Source: Eledone cirrhosa
Taxonomy: Eukaryota
Length of the DNA stretch: 64,000 nucleotides
Reading direction: 5' to 3'
Assembly: GCA_964016885.1 (NCBI GenBank)
Contig: OZ024741.1
Location: 78,368,001 to 78,432,000, forward strand
The position numbers and the translations under genes are program-made. Shown one piece after another: positions 12,761 through 24,880 of this stretch. Numbering within the stretch: position 1 is the first letter of the stretch; every line of letters begins with the position of its first letter. Under the pieces are notes generated by a model. It searched no databases. It worked only from the letters and a program-made list of their open reading frames with translations, and was not told where the DNA came from.

Positions 12761-12844
12761 GTATATATCATCATCATCGTTTAACGTCTATCTTCCACGC
12801 TAGCATGGGTTTAGATATATATATATATATATATAAATATATAT

Positions 12845-13320
12845 ATATAAATATAAGTATGTATACGTACATACATATATGTATACAGACGTACAGTAGT
12901 ATGTATATATATATACATACATGCACACATATATATATGTACGTATATTATGCATATTAACGTTAATATGCATAAGGAAAGTATATACTTTCAAACGTTC
13001 AATCGACTGACAGGAAGGTATACGGTGCTGATGACAACTAATAAGCTAGAAACTAGTTCATCGTTCCTTTGTCAGTGTTGAACAAAAGGGCAACGATGGT
13101 TGCCGAACACTGTACGTCATAATAAATGTTCGGTAAACATAATAATAACATCATAATAAATGTTTGGTAAATCCATACGTACGCATATATATGTGTGCAT
13201 GTATGTATATATATACATACTACTGTACGTCTGTATACATATATGTATGTACATATACATACTTATATTTAATTATCAGCCGCACTAAGAGTGAGAAATG
13301 AAATTTCATTTTTTCCATTT
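12845..13320 (+). mobile_element. Non-coding hammerhead-bearing element with a partial inverted 3' copy (same family as 33155-34150)
   Basis: 12845-12945 is the reverse complement of ~13175-13270. The body matches 33835-34150 and 33483-33729. Confidence 0.8.
13022..13064 (+). ncRNA. Type I hammerhead ribozyme (weakened stem II)
   Basis: ACGGUG-CUGAUGA-CAACUAAUAAGCUA-GAAA-CUAG-UU-CAUCGU. Confidence 0.7.
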
Positions 13321-14884
13321 ATATATATATATATAAATATATATATATCATATATATATATACATACATACAAACACACACACACACTCACATGATTAGT
13401 TAGATGATTACAAATTTTGAGTCACATACATCATATGGTCATGTGTGTGCTCATATGTATGTATTGAGTTTCATAATCTATTAGGTTATTGGGTTAGCAC
13501 TAAAGAATAATAGTTAGTCATCAACAGTTTATGTCAGTTTATTAGATACTCCCGTCCCTCACCCACTATAAGCTCTATTCATGACATTCAAAGCTAATTT
13601 TACAGTGCCTGCAACACAATGGTATCCACTACAGGCACCCAAGTGTGAAGTGGTGATATCAAACACAGCAAAGGTTTAAGTCTATCACTCAAGTAAAACT
13701 CAGAATGCAATGTGTTGGAAAAATAATGCAAAGTATCTCATCTAACACTCTAACAATTTCATAATTCTATAACTCTGGACTAGTACCTGTTCTTTTTCTC
13801 TTTATCAAAGCTGGAAAAGAAGAGCAGCAAATTGACTGTGGCAAGATTTGAAGATAAAGGGTAGGATCTAATACAACAAAATATTTTGTCAGATGTTCTA
13901 AGAAGCATGCTAGTTCATTGCCTTATTTAGATCACTGAACCAACATTTAAGCCATGACTATATCTACTTTTCTAACATAATATATTCAGTATATCTTTAT
14001 AATGGTAGGGTAAAATTTCTTGGAATGGCAATAGTGCCCTGGTAACTAGTAGTTTTATGTCGCTCAAAGCTCATGGGCATGCTGACCTCTCAACCACCAT
14101 TCACACTTAATTTATTCATACAATCTCTTCCTGAATGACTTGATTTCCTTGGGTGGTGTTTGGTGGCTTACTGAAGGATTCACACTAGGTGATTTTATTA
14201 CTCATTCTACAACTATTTTAAAACTATCTCATTAAATTTGTAATTCTTGATATTTATGTACCTAGCTAGTGTTGGTGATCAACATGATAAACACACCCAG
14301 TACATGCTGTAAAGTGGTTTTTAAAGGAGGGCATGAAAAACTTGCCAAACAAAGGGCTGGGAGGACCCGATGGTTGTGTAAAGGGCATGACAACCACCCA
14401 AATGTTGGTGATCTGTATGATAAAAGAACCCAGTACATGTTGTAAAGTGGTTGGTGATAGGAAGGGTATCCAGCCATAAAAAGTTTGTCAAACAAAAGGT
14501 TGGGAAGACCCTCCAGTTGTGTCAAGGACATAACTTCTCTAATGCCTCTGCCACAATAAAATGCACTTGGTAGAATGTGGAGCCATACATAAACCCGTCT
14601 GGGAAGTCAGTAGCCTCACTTCAGTACAGGCTCGGTCTGTGAAGACCTGGCCAACTCTTGCTAGCAGGGAAGGTGAACGATAAATAATGATGATGATGAT
14701 GTATATGTGTGTACTCACAAATTTGGTGGAAAGGGATATAGTTGATTAAATCAACCTCTGAATGTGACTGTTAGTTTATTTTATGAAACTTAGAAAGCTG
14801 ACCTTAATGGTATTTAAACACCAAATTTAAAGGGTTTTAACTACAGCATTTTACCTGACACTACTGATAATGCCATCCACTGCT

Positions 14885-15545
14885 CTGATATTAATAATAA
14901 TGGTTTTTAATTTAAGCACAAGGCCAGCAATTACCCAGTACATTACTGTTACTTTATTTTATCGACCCCGTAAGGATGAAAGGCAAAATTAACCTCAGCG
15001 GGATTTGAATTCAGACTGTAAAGGGACGTAACTATGCTAGAAAGCCCTCTACTGATACTGCCAATTCACCACCCTGATATTAATAATAATGGTTTCTAAT
15101 TTAGCACTAGGCCAACAATTTGTGGGGAGGGGAAAGTTGATTATATTGACTCTTGTACTTTATGAGTTTTTTTATTTTATTGACCCTGGAAGGATGAAAA
15201 GCAAAGATGACCTCAGTGGAATTTGAACTCAGAATGCGAAGGGACGTAACTAAATGCTGCAAAGCATTTTGTCTGATGATCTACCAATACTGCCAATCCA
15301 CTGCCATTTCTGATATTAATAATAATAACTGCTTCTAATTTTGGCACAAGGCTAACAATTACCCCAGTGCATTACTGGTACTTTATTTTATCTCCCCTAT
15401 AAGGATGAAGGGCAAAGTTAACCTCAGCGGGATTTGAACTCAAACTGTAAAGGGCTGAAACTCTATGCTGCAAAGTATGGTGTCTGATGCTCTACCGATT
15501 CTGCCATATAAACCACCCTCTGATATTAATAATAATAATAATTTC
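14885..15545 (-). mobile_element. Three tandem copies of a tRNA-derived SINE with a Meta-like central domain
   Basis: Minus strand carries B box GAGTTCAAATCC, GCCTTTCATCCTTACGGGGTCGATAAAATAAAGTACCAG and an (ATT)n tail. Other copies: ~16590-16767, 20655-20840, 21087-21305, 28197-28520, 29435-29618, 47845-48062, 55505-55720, 60557-60742, 62050-62240. Confidence 0.85.
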
Positions 15546-16423
15546 TAATATAGAAATAGCACAAATTTTAGGGAAGGCATAATTAGTTTCATCAACTTCA
15601 GAACAATGACAAGCAAAGTCAAACTCAGTAGGATTTGAGCCCTAAACGTCGCAGGAAGTTATAGATTTGTAAGAAGGTGGGTATCATCATTTCATTTTAC
15701 GTCCACTTTTCCCTGCTTGCAAGGGTGGGACTAATTGATGGAATTAAATTCCCAGAGTATTACTGATATTGATTTTATCAACACTAGAAGCATGAAGGCA
15801 GCAAAATACCTTGTGGTATTTGTTTCATCTCTCTGCGCTCTGACTTCATCCTCTCATGTGGTCACTTGACCTTCTCGAAATATCAGTAATAATTTGGCAG
15901 AAAATATCTGAAAGCAGGTTTGTTAATTCAAATATTTATAGTATCTTTATAGGTGGACAGAATGTTGTGAACATTTGCAGTAAATTAAAGACTTCAATAT
16001 TTAGTATGATGTAGCCATAGTGCTGTTTTGTACTCAAGAATGTTTTGCTGATGGGATTTCATGTGGTATTAAATGTTAAGAATTTTTTTAAATGGTAAGA
16101 CACATAGATGGAATGTCTTAGCTGACTATGTTACAAACATTATCTTAATCATAAAATAAATAATCATTCAAGTGAATCTCTCCAAATTCTTCATCAATCA
16201 GCTAAAATACAGTGAAATTTGTTAGAAATATGGTAACAGAAGGGTTAAACCTACAACCAAGAATTCAGAATGCAAAAGAGTCAGCACAAACACTGCAAGA
16301 ATGCATTGTATCTAATACTCTAATATCACCAGTCCACCACTAATACTTCATTTTATCAGCCTCAAAATGATGAAAGATAAAGACTAACTCAACTGCTTTG
16401 AACTCAGAGATTAAAAAAAAACT

Positions 16424-16820
16424 TTAACTCTTTAGGATTTAAACTGGCCATATCTGTTCAGAATTCTCTCACATCTTTCTGTTCAAATCAGCTGTTAACT
16501 TGTCACTCATACTGATGTTAAGGTATTGTTCTCAAAACAAAATCTCATAGATTTGATATTATATGAGATAATTTACCGTGAAAATATAATTGTTTCTACT
16601 TTTGGCACAAGGCCAGCAAATATCCAGTACATTACTGGTACTTTATTTTATCGACCCCGTAAGGATGAAAGGCAAAGTTAACCTCGGCGGGATTTGAACT
16701 CAGACTGTAAAGGGACGTAACTATGCTAGAAAGCATGGCGTCCGACCCTCTACCGATACTGCCAATCTACCGTGAAAATATAATAGTATATATAGAGTAA
16801 TGTAAATGCTAAAGGGTTAA
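16424..16820 (+). mobile_element. TTAA-flanked piggyBac-type MITE interrupted by a SINE
   Basis: TTAA-CTCTTTAGG...TAAATGCTAAAGGG-TTAA. The nested SINE is flanked by a 17-bp TSD, TACCGTGAAAATATAAT. Confidence 0.8.
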
Positions 16821-17477
16821 TGACTGCCAATTCACCATGCTTGTATGTGTGTGTTTGTGAATCAACAATTGGGGTGACTGAGTGATAAAGATGTCAGGAA
16901 GGTAGAAAGGAGAACGTTTTACTATGTTTAAGTAACAGTTGTTTTGTTCTGTTTTTTTTTTTTATCTTTGGAGTTATTGATAAAAATATCTAATGTCTTC
17001 AATATTTAATTAGCATCTAACCCCTGATCTTATACATAACTACTCTTTCTTCCACCACCACCAACATATACTTCTACAGTTGTATTTTTCTCTAAACAAC
17101 AACAGACAACAATAATGCAAGTAAACTTTTGGATGGTATTTATTTTTTGCCAACTTGTATTATTTAATATCCATGACTTCTTATCAGACTTGTCATTTAA
17201 AGGCAAATTAACCTTGATCAAGCAGACATGTGGCACACATAACTAAAGATCTATGGATCCATTGTACCAGATATACTATGTACACTGCTTAGTTGTGGAC
17301 TATACTGTAAACACTGACCTGCAGTGGTTTATTATACGGCACTGTAATGTAGCAATTAAATATCATTTTTTAATTTTGTTACTGTTTACTTAGGGAATGA
17401 GAGACACTACTCATGACTCTTTTTAGGGCATCTAAGACTGGTGGGAAGAAGGTATCCTCAAAAAGGAGACACCATGC

Positions 17478-17790
17478 TATATCTATAAGCAGTAAACTTT
17501 CAAATGGCACAGTTCATTAATCCAACGTGGTCAGTGTTATATCTATAAACAGTAAACTTGCACATGTAACAGTCTACCTTGGACAAAAGAGTACCAGACT
17601 AAGCAATTGTGGTTAGTGTTATATCTATAAACAGTAAACTTTCACATGTCACAGTCTACCTTGGTCAACAGTGTACCAGACTGACCAACTATGGTCAGTG
17701 TTATATCTATATATAGTAAACCTTCAAATGTCACAGTCTACCTTGGACAACAGGATACCAAACAAAATAACTGTGTGGTCAGTGTTTGTT
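17478..17790. repeat. Minisatellite, ~82-bp unit, 3-4 copies
   Basis: TGGTCAGTGTTATATCTATA...ACAGTCTACCTTGGACAA recurs at ~17528, 17609 and 17691, with a partial copy at 17775. Confidence 0.85.
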
Positions 17791-18868
17791 TATATATGAC
17801 ATACCTTTATGCATGGTGCCATGATAAAATGCACCCTGTACACTCTGTAAAGTGGTTGGTGTTGGGAAGATCATCCAGCCATAGAATCCATGCAAAAAAT
17901 GGAATGTATGAATGAAACATTTTCTCCGAATTTCACTTGTACCATGACAACTCACCCTATCCATGTCAGTATACAAGGCAGATGTAAAATGATGATGAAG
18001 CATACAGCTATGTCATATATCTAGTATATATTCATATATTTTCTAGTTCATAGTCTGTTTCCATGTGTTCATAAATTAAAGATTTTTCTTACATTTTCTA
18101 CATTTTCTAATTTACACTTTGACTGACATTTAAAGTAATATTAACCAATGTTTTGGTTCACTGTCAACAATGTACACACATTTACCCTAAATAGAAAACT
18201 TGTTATTTAACATTATATATATATCCGCTTGTAAATAATACTTCTACTTATCTTACACTATGTTACTCTATATCTTTCACAACCTTCTAACACACTTATA
18301 AACGTGCATGTTTGTGTATGTACACACACACACACACACATATAAATATACATGCACACACACACACACATATCTAATGTGTTTATATGAATATATCTTG
18401 CACTCATATTTCATTGAAGGAAAATGTCAAAATAAACTTTTATTAAATTGCTTAAAATTCTAGCTAGATTTAGTTGAAAATGTCATTACATGTCTCTGTT
18501 TATGTAGCTAAACATCATCATCATCATTATCATCATTATAACATCTGATATTTTCAATTTTTTTCTCTTTTATGATTTAGGCAAGAGACCCTTGACTATG
18601 TTCACACATCTCTCATGCAGGTGACACTGACATGGTTGATGTTTATTTTGAACATAGGACAGTTGACTGCAGGAAGATAACCTGTTTGGGAAAGGAAATC
18701 TAGAAGAGTATCACTTTGTGGAGAAAGAACATGGCATAGTAGTTAGAATAGAGCCTGAGGGTGGAGTATCATACAGTAGAGATGATAACCTGAAGATCTA
18801 TTTGTGGATTAAATAACGTATCAGTCAAATGCTGGATGCAAGCTTCTCTATCCTCCAGTTGTTATGTT

Positions 18869-19082
18869 TTAACCCTTTAGCATTTACATTACTCTTCCTC
18901 CATATATATACTATTGTATTTTCGCAGTAAAGGCATTATCTCACATAATATTGAATCTATGAGTTTTTGATATTATTTATTTTGAGAACAATACCTTATG
19001 AGTGGCTGGTTACAGCCAGTTTGAACAGAAAGAGGTGAGAGCTTCTGGCCGGATACAGTCAGTTTAAATGCTAAAGGGTTAA
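18869..19082 (-). mobile_element. piggyBac-type MITE
   Basis: TTAA-CCCTTTAGCATTTA...TAAATGCTAAAGGG-TTAA. Confidence 0.85.
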
Positions 19083-19544
19083 TATTTAACATGACCAAAG
19101 GTATGTGTGGGCGAGATAATACACAATTCTCTGCACACTGCAGTCTTAATAACTGTAGCTGTGAAGAATATTGCACAGAAACAGAATCCGTCCAGGAGAT
19201 AGATACATAACGTATCTCTACCAAAACACAGCCACTGCACTCGCTATTTAACTATTATGTATGCACTCAAAACATTGAGATGCAGTTTTACTACTGCAAC
19301 CTTATTGATTCATTGAGTGAGTGAGTCATTGCTGGAGATAGTTGAAATAACATCAGTCATTTTTGTATACCTTGTATATATATATATATATATATAGATT
19401 TTGAGTTTATGTTAGTTGTATACCAACACCTCAGTGTGCAGGCTGGAGCACTCGACGAAGTGCGCAGGTTGGTTTGGTTACTCCGGAGTAGTGTAAAATA
19501 AAGTTAAATAAAAGTCAAATGATTAAAATTTAGCTTCGTTTATT

Positions 19545-19599
19545 ACTGCTATATATATTTCAGTGACAGCCATCTTTGGCTGTGACCTCTTCAGGCAGT
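19545..19599 (-). ncRNA. Type I hammerhead ribozyme (canonical core)
   Basis: Mirror copy of 19779-19833. Confidence 0.85.
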
Positions 19600-19778
19600 T
19601 TGAATTAGTATGGTATAGACAAGTACATATGTTGTTTAGGTGTATGATATTGTCAATACTCTGATATGCCCAGTTCCTCAGTGAATTAACAACCCAACAA
19701 GGAACTCGGCATATCAGAGTATTGACAATATCATACACCTAAACAACATATGTACTTGTCTATACCATACTAATTCAA

Positions 19779-19833
19779 ACTGCCTGAAGAGGTCACAGCC
19801 AAAGATGGCTGTCACTGAAATATATATAGCAGT
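19779..19833 (+). ncRNA. Type I hammerhead ribozyme (canonical core)
   Basis: ACUGC-CUGAAGA-GGUCACAGCC aaagau GGCUGUCACU-GAAA-UAUAUA-UA-GCAGU, followed immediately by AAUAAA. Confidence 0.9.
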
Positions 19834-19996
19834 AATAAACGAAGCTAAATTTTAATCATTTGACTTTTATTTAACTTTATTATATATATATATATATATA
19901 TTTATTGAATGTCAGCAGTGTGAAGACCGGGAGAACCAGAAATAATAGTAGTCGATGCATGGTGGGATGCAGATTGGGTATATTAATAAGATGGAT

Positions 19997-20052
19997 ATTC
20001 GACAGCGAGCTCGTGTGGTTTCAGCTTAACTTTGATGGGCTTCTTCAGGAAT
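19997..20052 (-). ncRNA. Type I hammerhead ribozyme candidate (GUC site)
   Basis: Minus strand: AUUC-CUGAAGA-AGC...GCU-GAAA-CCACACGAGCUCGCUG-UC-GAAU. Confidence 0.7.
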
Positions 20053-20329
20053 GCTGATGTTTTTCAAGAAATAAGAGAAGAGAAAAAAAAAAATTTCTGG
20101 TGAATGTGTAGAATTGGGTCACATAGTCAGGTGACAGGCCATGACTAGCCCAGAGAAAGGGAAGTATTGGTCAGTTGTAATGTTATTTATACAACAGTTA
20201 AAAAGGCACTCAATACATGTGTGAAAGTGACGTTCGAACGAGTATCCTTCACTACCAACTAACTTATCCTCTGCTTCTGGGTCCCAGCCGAAAGGATGGA
20301 GAATGCATTGTTCTGGAGGATGGTCAAGG

Positions 20330-20545
20330 AGACGTGCTGGAACAGCCACTCCTCCTCGCGGGGCTCGTACCTGCAGGTGGCCAACTCCACTCCGATATCA
20401 GTGAGTAGGGATGTGGTCCAGGGGCCAAGAAGTCTCCACTGCTACAGTCTCTACCACAAACCTATCTGAGAGCGGCTGATACTTGGACAGTTTGGCCTCT
20501 TCGGCTTGGCGGAAAGCAGAGCCTGGGCTAGTAAGTGGCTTAGAA
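20330..20545 (-). mobile_element. Decayed CRE-like non-LTR retrotransposon RLE-domain fragment
   Basis: AEEAKLSKYQPLSDRFVVETVAVET resembles the AE..K..KY..L....P.AVET segment of restriction-like endonuclease C-termini. Confidence 0.55.
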
Positions 20546-21399
20546 GAATGGCAGAGAGGGAGAGGGGAGAGAGTGGTTGGAAGTAGAGAACACCAGTATA
20601 CACATACACACACACACACACATCTGAGTAAGTATATAAATACAATTTTATAGATAATAATTGTTTCTACTTTAGGCACAAGGCCAGCAATTACCCAGTG
20701 CATTACTGGTACTTTATTTTATCGACCTCGTAAGGATGAAAGGCAAAGTCAACCTCGGCGGGATTTGAACTCAGATCGTAAAGGGCCGTAACTCTATGCT
20801 GGAAAGCATGGCGTCTGACCCTCTACCGATACTGCCAAATAATAATAATAGTAAAAACAATAAAAAATAATACAAGAAGTGGCACGAAATTGGCAGTCTG
20901 TTTAAATCCAACCCCATCACAAGACTGGCTCTTAGTTCCATCCTTCCTGGAAGAGCAAGAGGCATGGTTAACTGCAGCAGGGCTGAAATGCAGAACTGGA
21001 ACTGGGGGTGGGTAGCTATAACTAAAATCGATGCAATTAGTTCAACGCTCGATGGATCAACTGGTCCCAAAAGAGGAAGGGTGTATTAATAATAATGGTT
21101 TCTGATTTAGGCACAAGGCCAGCAATTTTTTAGGAGGGGAAAGTTGATTAAATCGAACTCAGTTCATGACTGGTACTTTATATTATCGACCCCCATAAGG
21201 ATGAAAGGCAAATCTAACTTTGGCAAGATTTGAAATCAGAATGTAAAGGGCCATAACTATGTCGCAAAGCATATTATCTGACACTCTACTGATACTGCCA
21301 ATCCACCACCCATAATAATTAACTAATAATAATAATAATAATAATGATTTCTTTATAATAATAATAATAAGATTCGTTTTCTCCTCTGATATTTTGCAT

Positions 21400-22600
21400 T
21401 GCACACACACACTGCCGTCTTTAGCGTTCAACAAAAAAAATATGGCTACAAAATAGATAGCAAAACCACAAATCACCTGTTTTATATGGAAGACTTGAGG
21501 CTGTATGCCAAAAATGACAATGAATTGGAAGGTCTGCTGAAGACAGTCAAGGTGTTCATCGATGATGTGGGGATAGAGTTTGGATTGGAAAAATGCGCCA
21601 AAGCAACATTCAAGAAAAGCAGAGTGATAAGCACAAACTCAATGAAAATTGATGTGAATACGGTAATTAGGGAACTAGAACAAGAACAAGCCTACAGATA
21701 TCTAGGGATCAATGAAGGCCAAGGTATTCACCACACCAGCATGAAAGAGAGAATTAGGAAGGAATGCTACTATTGAGTGGTACATGCTGTTATGGAAACA
21801 GAGCTTAACTAAAAAAATAAATTATCTGCCATAAATGCACTTGGAATCTCAGTTGTCACCTACAGTTTCAATATTATAAATTAAGAGAATGGACACCAAA
21901 ATCAAGAAAAAGCAGATGTGGATCACCTCTATCTTCCTAGACAAAATGGAGGTAGAGGAATGATCCAGCTCAAGCTATTATACAAGATATCAACCATTGG
22001 ACTTGATCAGATGACTGGATGATGAAAATGGTTGCAGATCACGAAAGGAAGAAGAGATTACATTTAGTCACAAAGGAAAGTAGGAAGTTTGCAGAAGAAC
22101 TGGGATTACAGTTTGAAAATTATGGCGATTCTGCAATAAAGCTCACAAAGAATATCAAAGTGTTGGCAAAACATGGAGACCAACAAAGACTTTGCACTAA
22201 ATGGGAGCAAAAACCACTGCATGGGCTGTATGTTTTCTGTAGCAAAAAACCTGATGTAGATCAAGCTTTTACCTATCAGTGGCTGTGGAGTTCTGAGCTA
22301 AAGGCAGAGAGTGAGGGCTTCATTTTGGCTGCGCAAGACCAGTGTCTTTCAATGTGCAACTTTCAAGCCAATATGATCAGAAATGGAACTGACCCAAAGT
22401 GTCAATTCTGTGATGACCATTGAACACTTGTTTTCAGGCTGCAAGGTGTTAGCTCTCCAGGAATATAAAACAAGGCATGATAGAGTGGGGCAATACTTAC
22501 ACTGGATTATGTGCAAGTTTTATGATCTGGAAACGGATGGAAAATGATACAACCATCACCCAGATGTAATAATAGGAGGCAAAAACGTGGCAATGCTCTA
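21400..22600 (+). mobile_element. Decayed R4/Dong-like non-LTR retrotransposon (RT C-terminus plus CCHC/RLE region)
   Basis: NHLFYMEDLRLY, FGLEKCA, YRYLGI, KPLHG, LAAQDQ, C..C, then SGC and RHD downstream. Several stops and frameshifts. Confidence 0.8.
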
Positions 22601-24454
22601 ACATAAAAATTTATTATATAGATATACAGCTTGCTAGACACATAATTATAGATAGAGTTAATATAGTCAGACATATATAAATATAAAGATAGACAGGTGA
22701 CAATATCTTACACACTATATAAATTAAACTATGCTGCCCAACCTTAGATACCAAATGTCTAAGAACCATAACCAACCACTACTATCACCACTGGTGGCAA
22801 TGGGGACACACTGTGTCATATCTATTGAAGAAAACACTGAATTCCCTGTGACCCAGTCTACAAAGCTGTGTAAATAAATATTCAAGTCTCTGTAGCAGTG
22901 GTAGCCACAGCAGTAATGGTGGTGATGGCAGTAATAGTAGTACAGCTCACAGTGTAATTATTCAAAAGCCAACCTTTTGTTTATTTTGTATTCATTAATA
23001 CCAAATCTTTACAATGGGTATTAAAGAAAAGATGCAGTTACACATGCCATGTTAATCTGTCCTAGTTTCATTGAGCAGTAGTTTTAAGATCCCCCAAGTG
23101 GTGCTAGTACATATTATGGTGGTCACAGCACCAAACTCCACCACCATTGACCCACCTTATATGACAGTCCGAACCAGTTATACAGGCAGAGTGAATAGAA
23201 CACATCCCACTATTAATTTATTTTTACTATTTCACAAATCATATTTCCAGAGACACACAAACCAAACACTGTTCTGGAGAGATAGAGAGACACATCTGTG
23301 GACATTTGATATTTGAAAATTCGGGCATGGCAGCATGGTTAAGAAGTTCGCATTACAATCAAATGGCTTTAATTTCAATCCCACTGGTGACTTAAATCTT
23401 ATCAATGAATGATAGTTTCTTTAGAATTGAGAATGAGAAAATGCATCCAGTACACCCTGTAAAGTGGTCGGTGTTAGGAAAAGTATCCAGCTGTAGAAAT
23501 CAGGCCAAAAATAAAACATACAGAAAGGCAGTAACATTGAATAAGAATTGACTTGGACTGTGTCAGCATGAAAAGATGACATAAAATTCATATACATCCT
23601 GATGATTTCATATGAACGAAACAGTTCTGGTCCTGTAAATTTCTAGAATATGTAACCTGGGCATTGGAGGTGCAACATCAAAACCTGCTCAGGACATATC
23701 GCATGTTGAACAAAAGATATATATATATCTAATAAAAAAGAAAGTTTCACTCTACATGGCCGAATACAATAAATGTAATCTGAGTTTTTCGAATATTAAT
23801 AATAACATTCGATTTGTTTGCAATTATGCATACAAGTCTCAATTTTATAGCCATGTCAGTAGAATGAACACTTCATTCTTGCTCTTATTGTGGTGGGTCT
23901 TGATTTCATTGTTCTATACACAAACACACACACATATTGTATTACAATTACTCCTTTGCGTACGCTCCAAACGAATTTGTTGAGCAAATTGCAAACAACA
24001 AGATCAAAATCACAGGATATCAATCTAAATCCTTATTATATATATATATACATATATATATATATACGTATATCATCATCATCATCGTTTAACGTCCATC
24101 TTCCATGCTAGCATGGGTTAAACGGGTTTGTCCCATTTAGAGGCAATTTGAGTCGGATGACCGTGTCTCGTTCATATAGGACTGTTTCTGGTTGGTTTTC
24201 TATGGATGGATGTCCTTCCTCACGCCAACCACATTTATATATTACAATTTAGCTTCAGCATAGCTGTATACAGGAAAGCCCAATGATTTCTTTTGAATGA
24301 AACAGTTCTAGTCCTATAGAAGCCATTTCTATATTAAACTTGATGTTTACACTCTACTAATGTACTGAGTACCTTACTTACTATGGTTACCCTCGATTGA
24401 ACCTGGGACTCACAGACACCACACATATATACACATACACACATATATGTATAT

Positions 24455-24485
<31 letters not shown>

Positions 24486-24552
24486 CATACACACACATAT
24501 ATACATACACATACACACACATATATACATACACATACACACACATATATAT

Positions 24553-24880
24553 ATCATCATCATCATTTAACGTCCATGTTCCACGCTTGCATGGGTTTGG
24601 ACGGGAGTTTTCCCACTTGAGGCAAGAGTGGTTGTCTTGCTCGCATAGGACTGTCTGGCGGGTTTTCTACGGCTGGATGCCCTTCCTAACACCAACCACA
24701 TTTACAGTGTGGGACTGGGAGGTTTTTACCGTGTTGCCTACACGGCCACATTACAGCGTGGACTGTGTGTTTTTTTGTCGTGACACCTACACGATCTCAT
24801 TTGTTTCGGCCTGGATGTTGTGGCACCAACATAACTTTACATTTAAAGGGGTGGTGTGGATGGGGTGGGGGTGGTGGGAT
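24553..24880 (-). mobile_element. RTE LINE 3' UTR fragment
   Basis: Reverse complement of ~37320-37660. Similar tails occur at 24072-24237 and 53999-54163. Confidence 0.9.

Larger units (their letters stand above)
19498..19880. repeat. Long palindrome (~175-bp arms, ~37-bp spacer) with a hammerhead in each arm
   Basis: 19498-19670 is the reverse complement of 19708-19880. (TA)n lies at the right end and ~100 bp left of the left arm. Confidence 0.95.

Noticed and set aside
17478-17790. Regularly spaced repeats that could suggest a CRISPR array
   Set aside because: The whole ~82-bp unit is repeated with no unique spacers, there are no cas genes, and the context is eukaryotic.
23592-23635. CUGAUGA-UUUCAUAUGAAC-GAAA-CAGUU hammerhead-like core (related copy near 24283-24315)
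   Set aside because: No stem I complementarity and a mismatched stem II base; at most a decayed relic.
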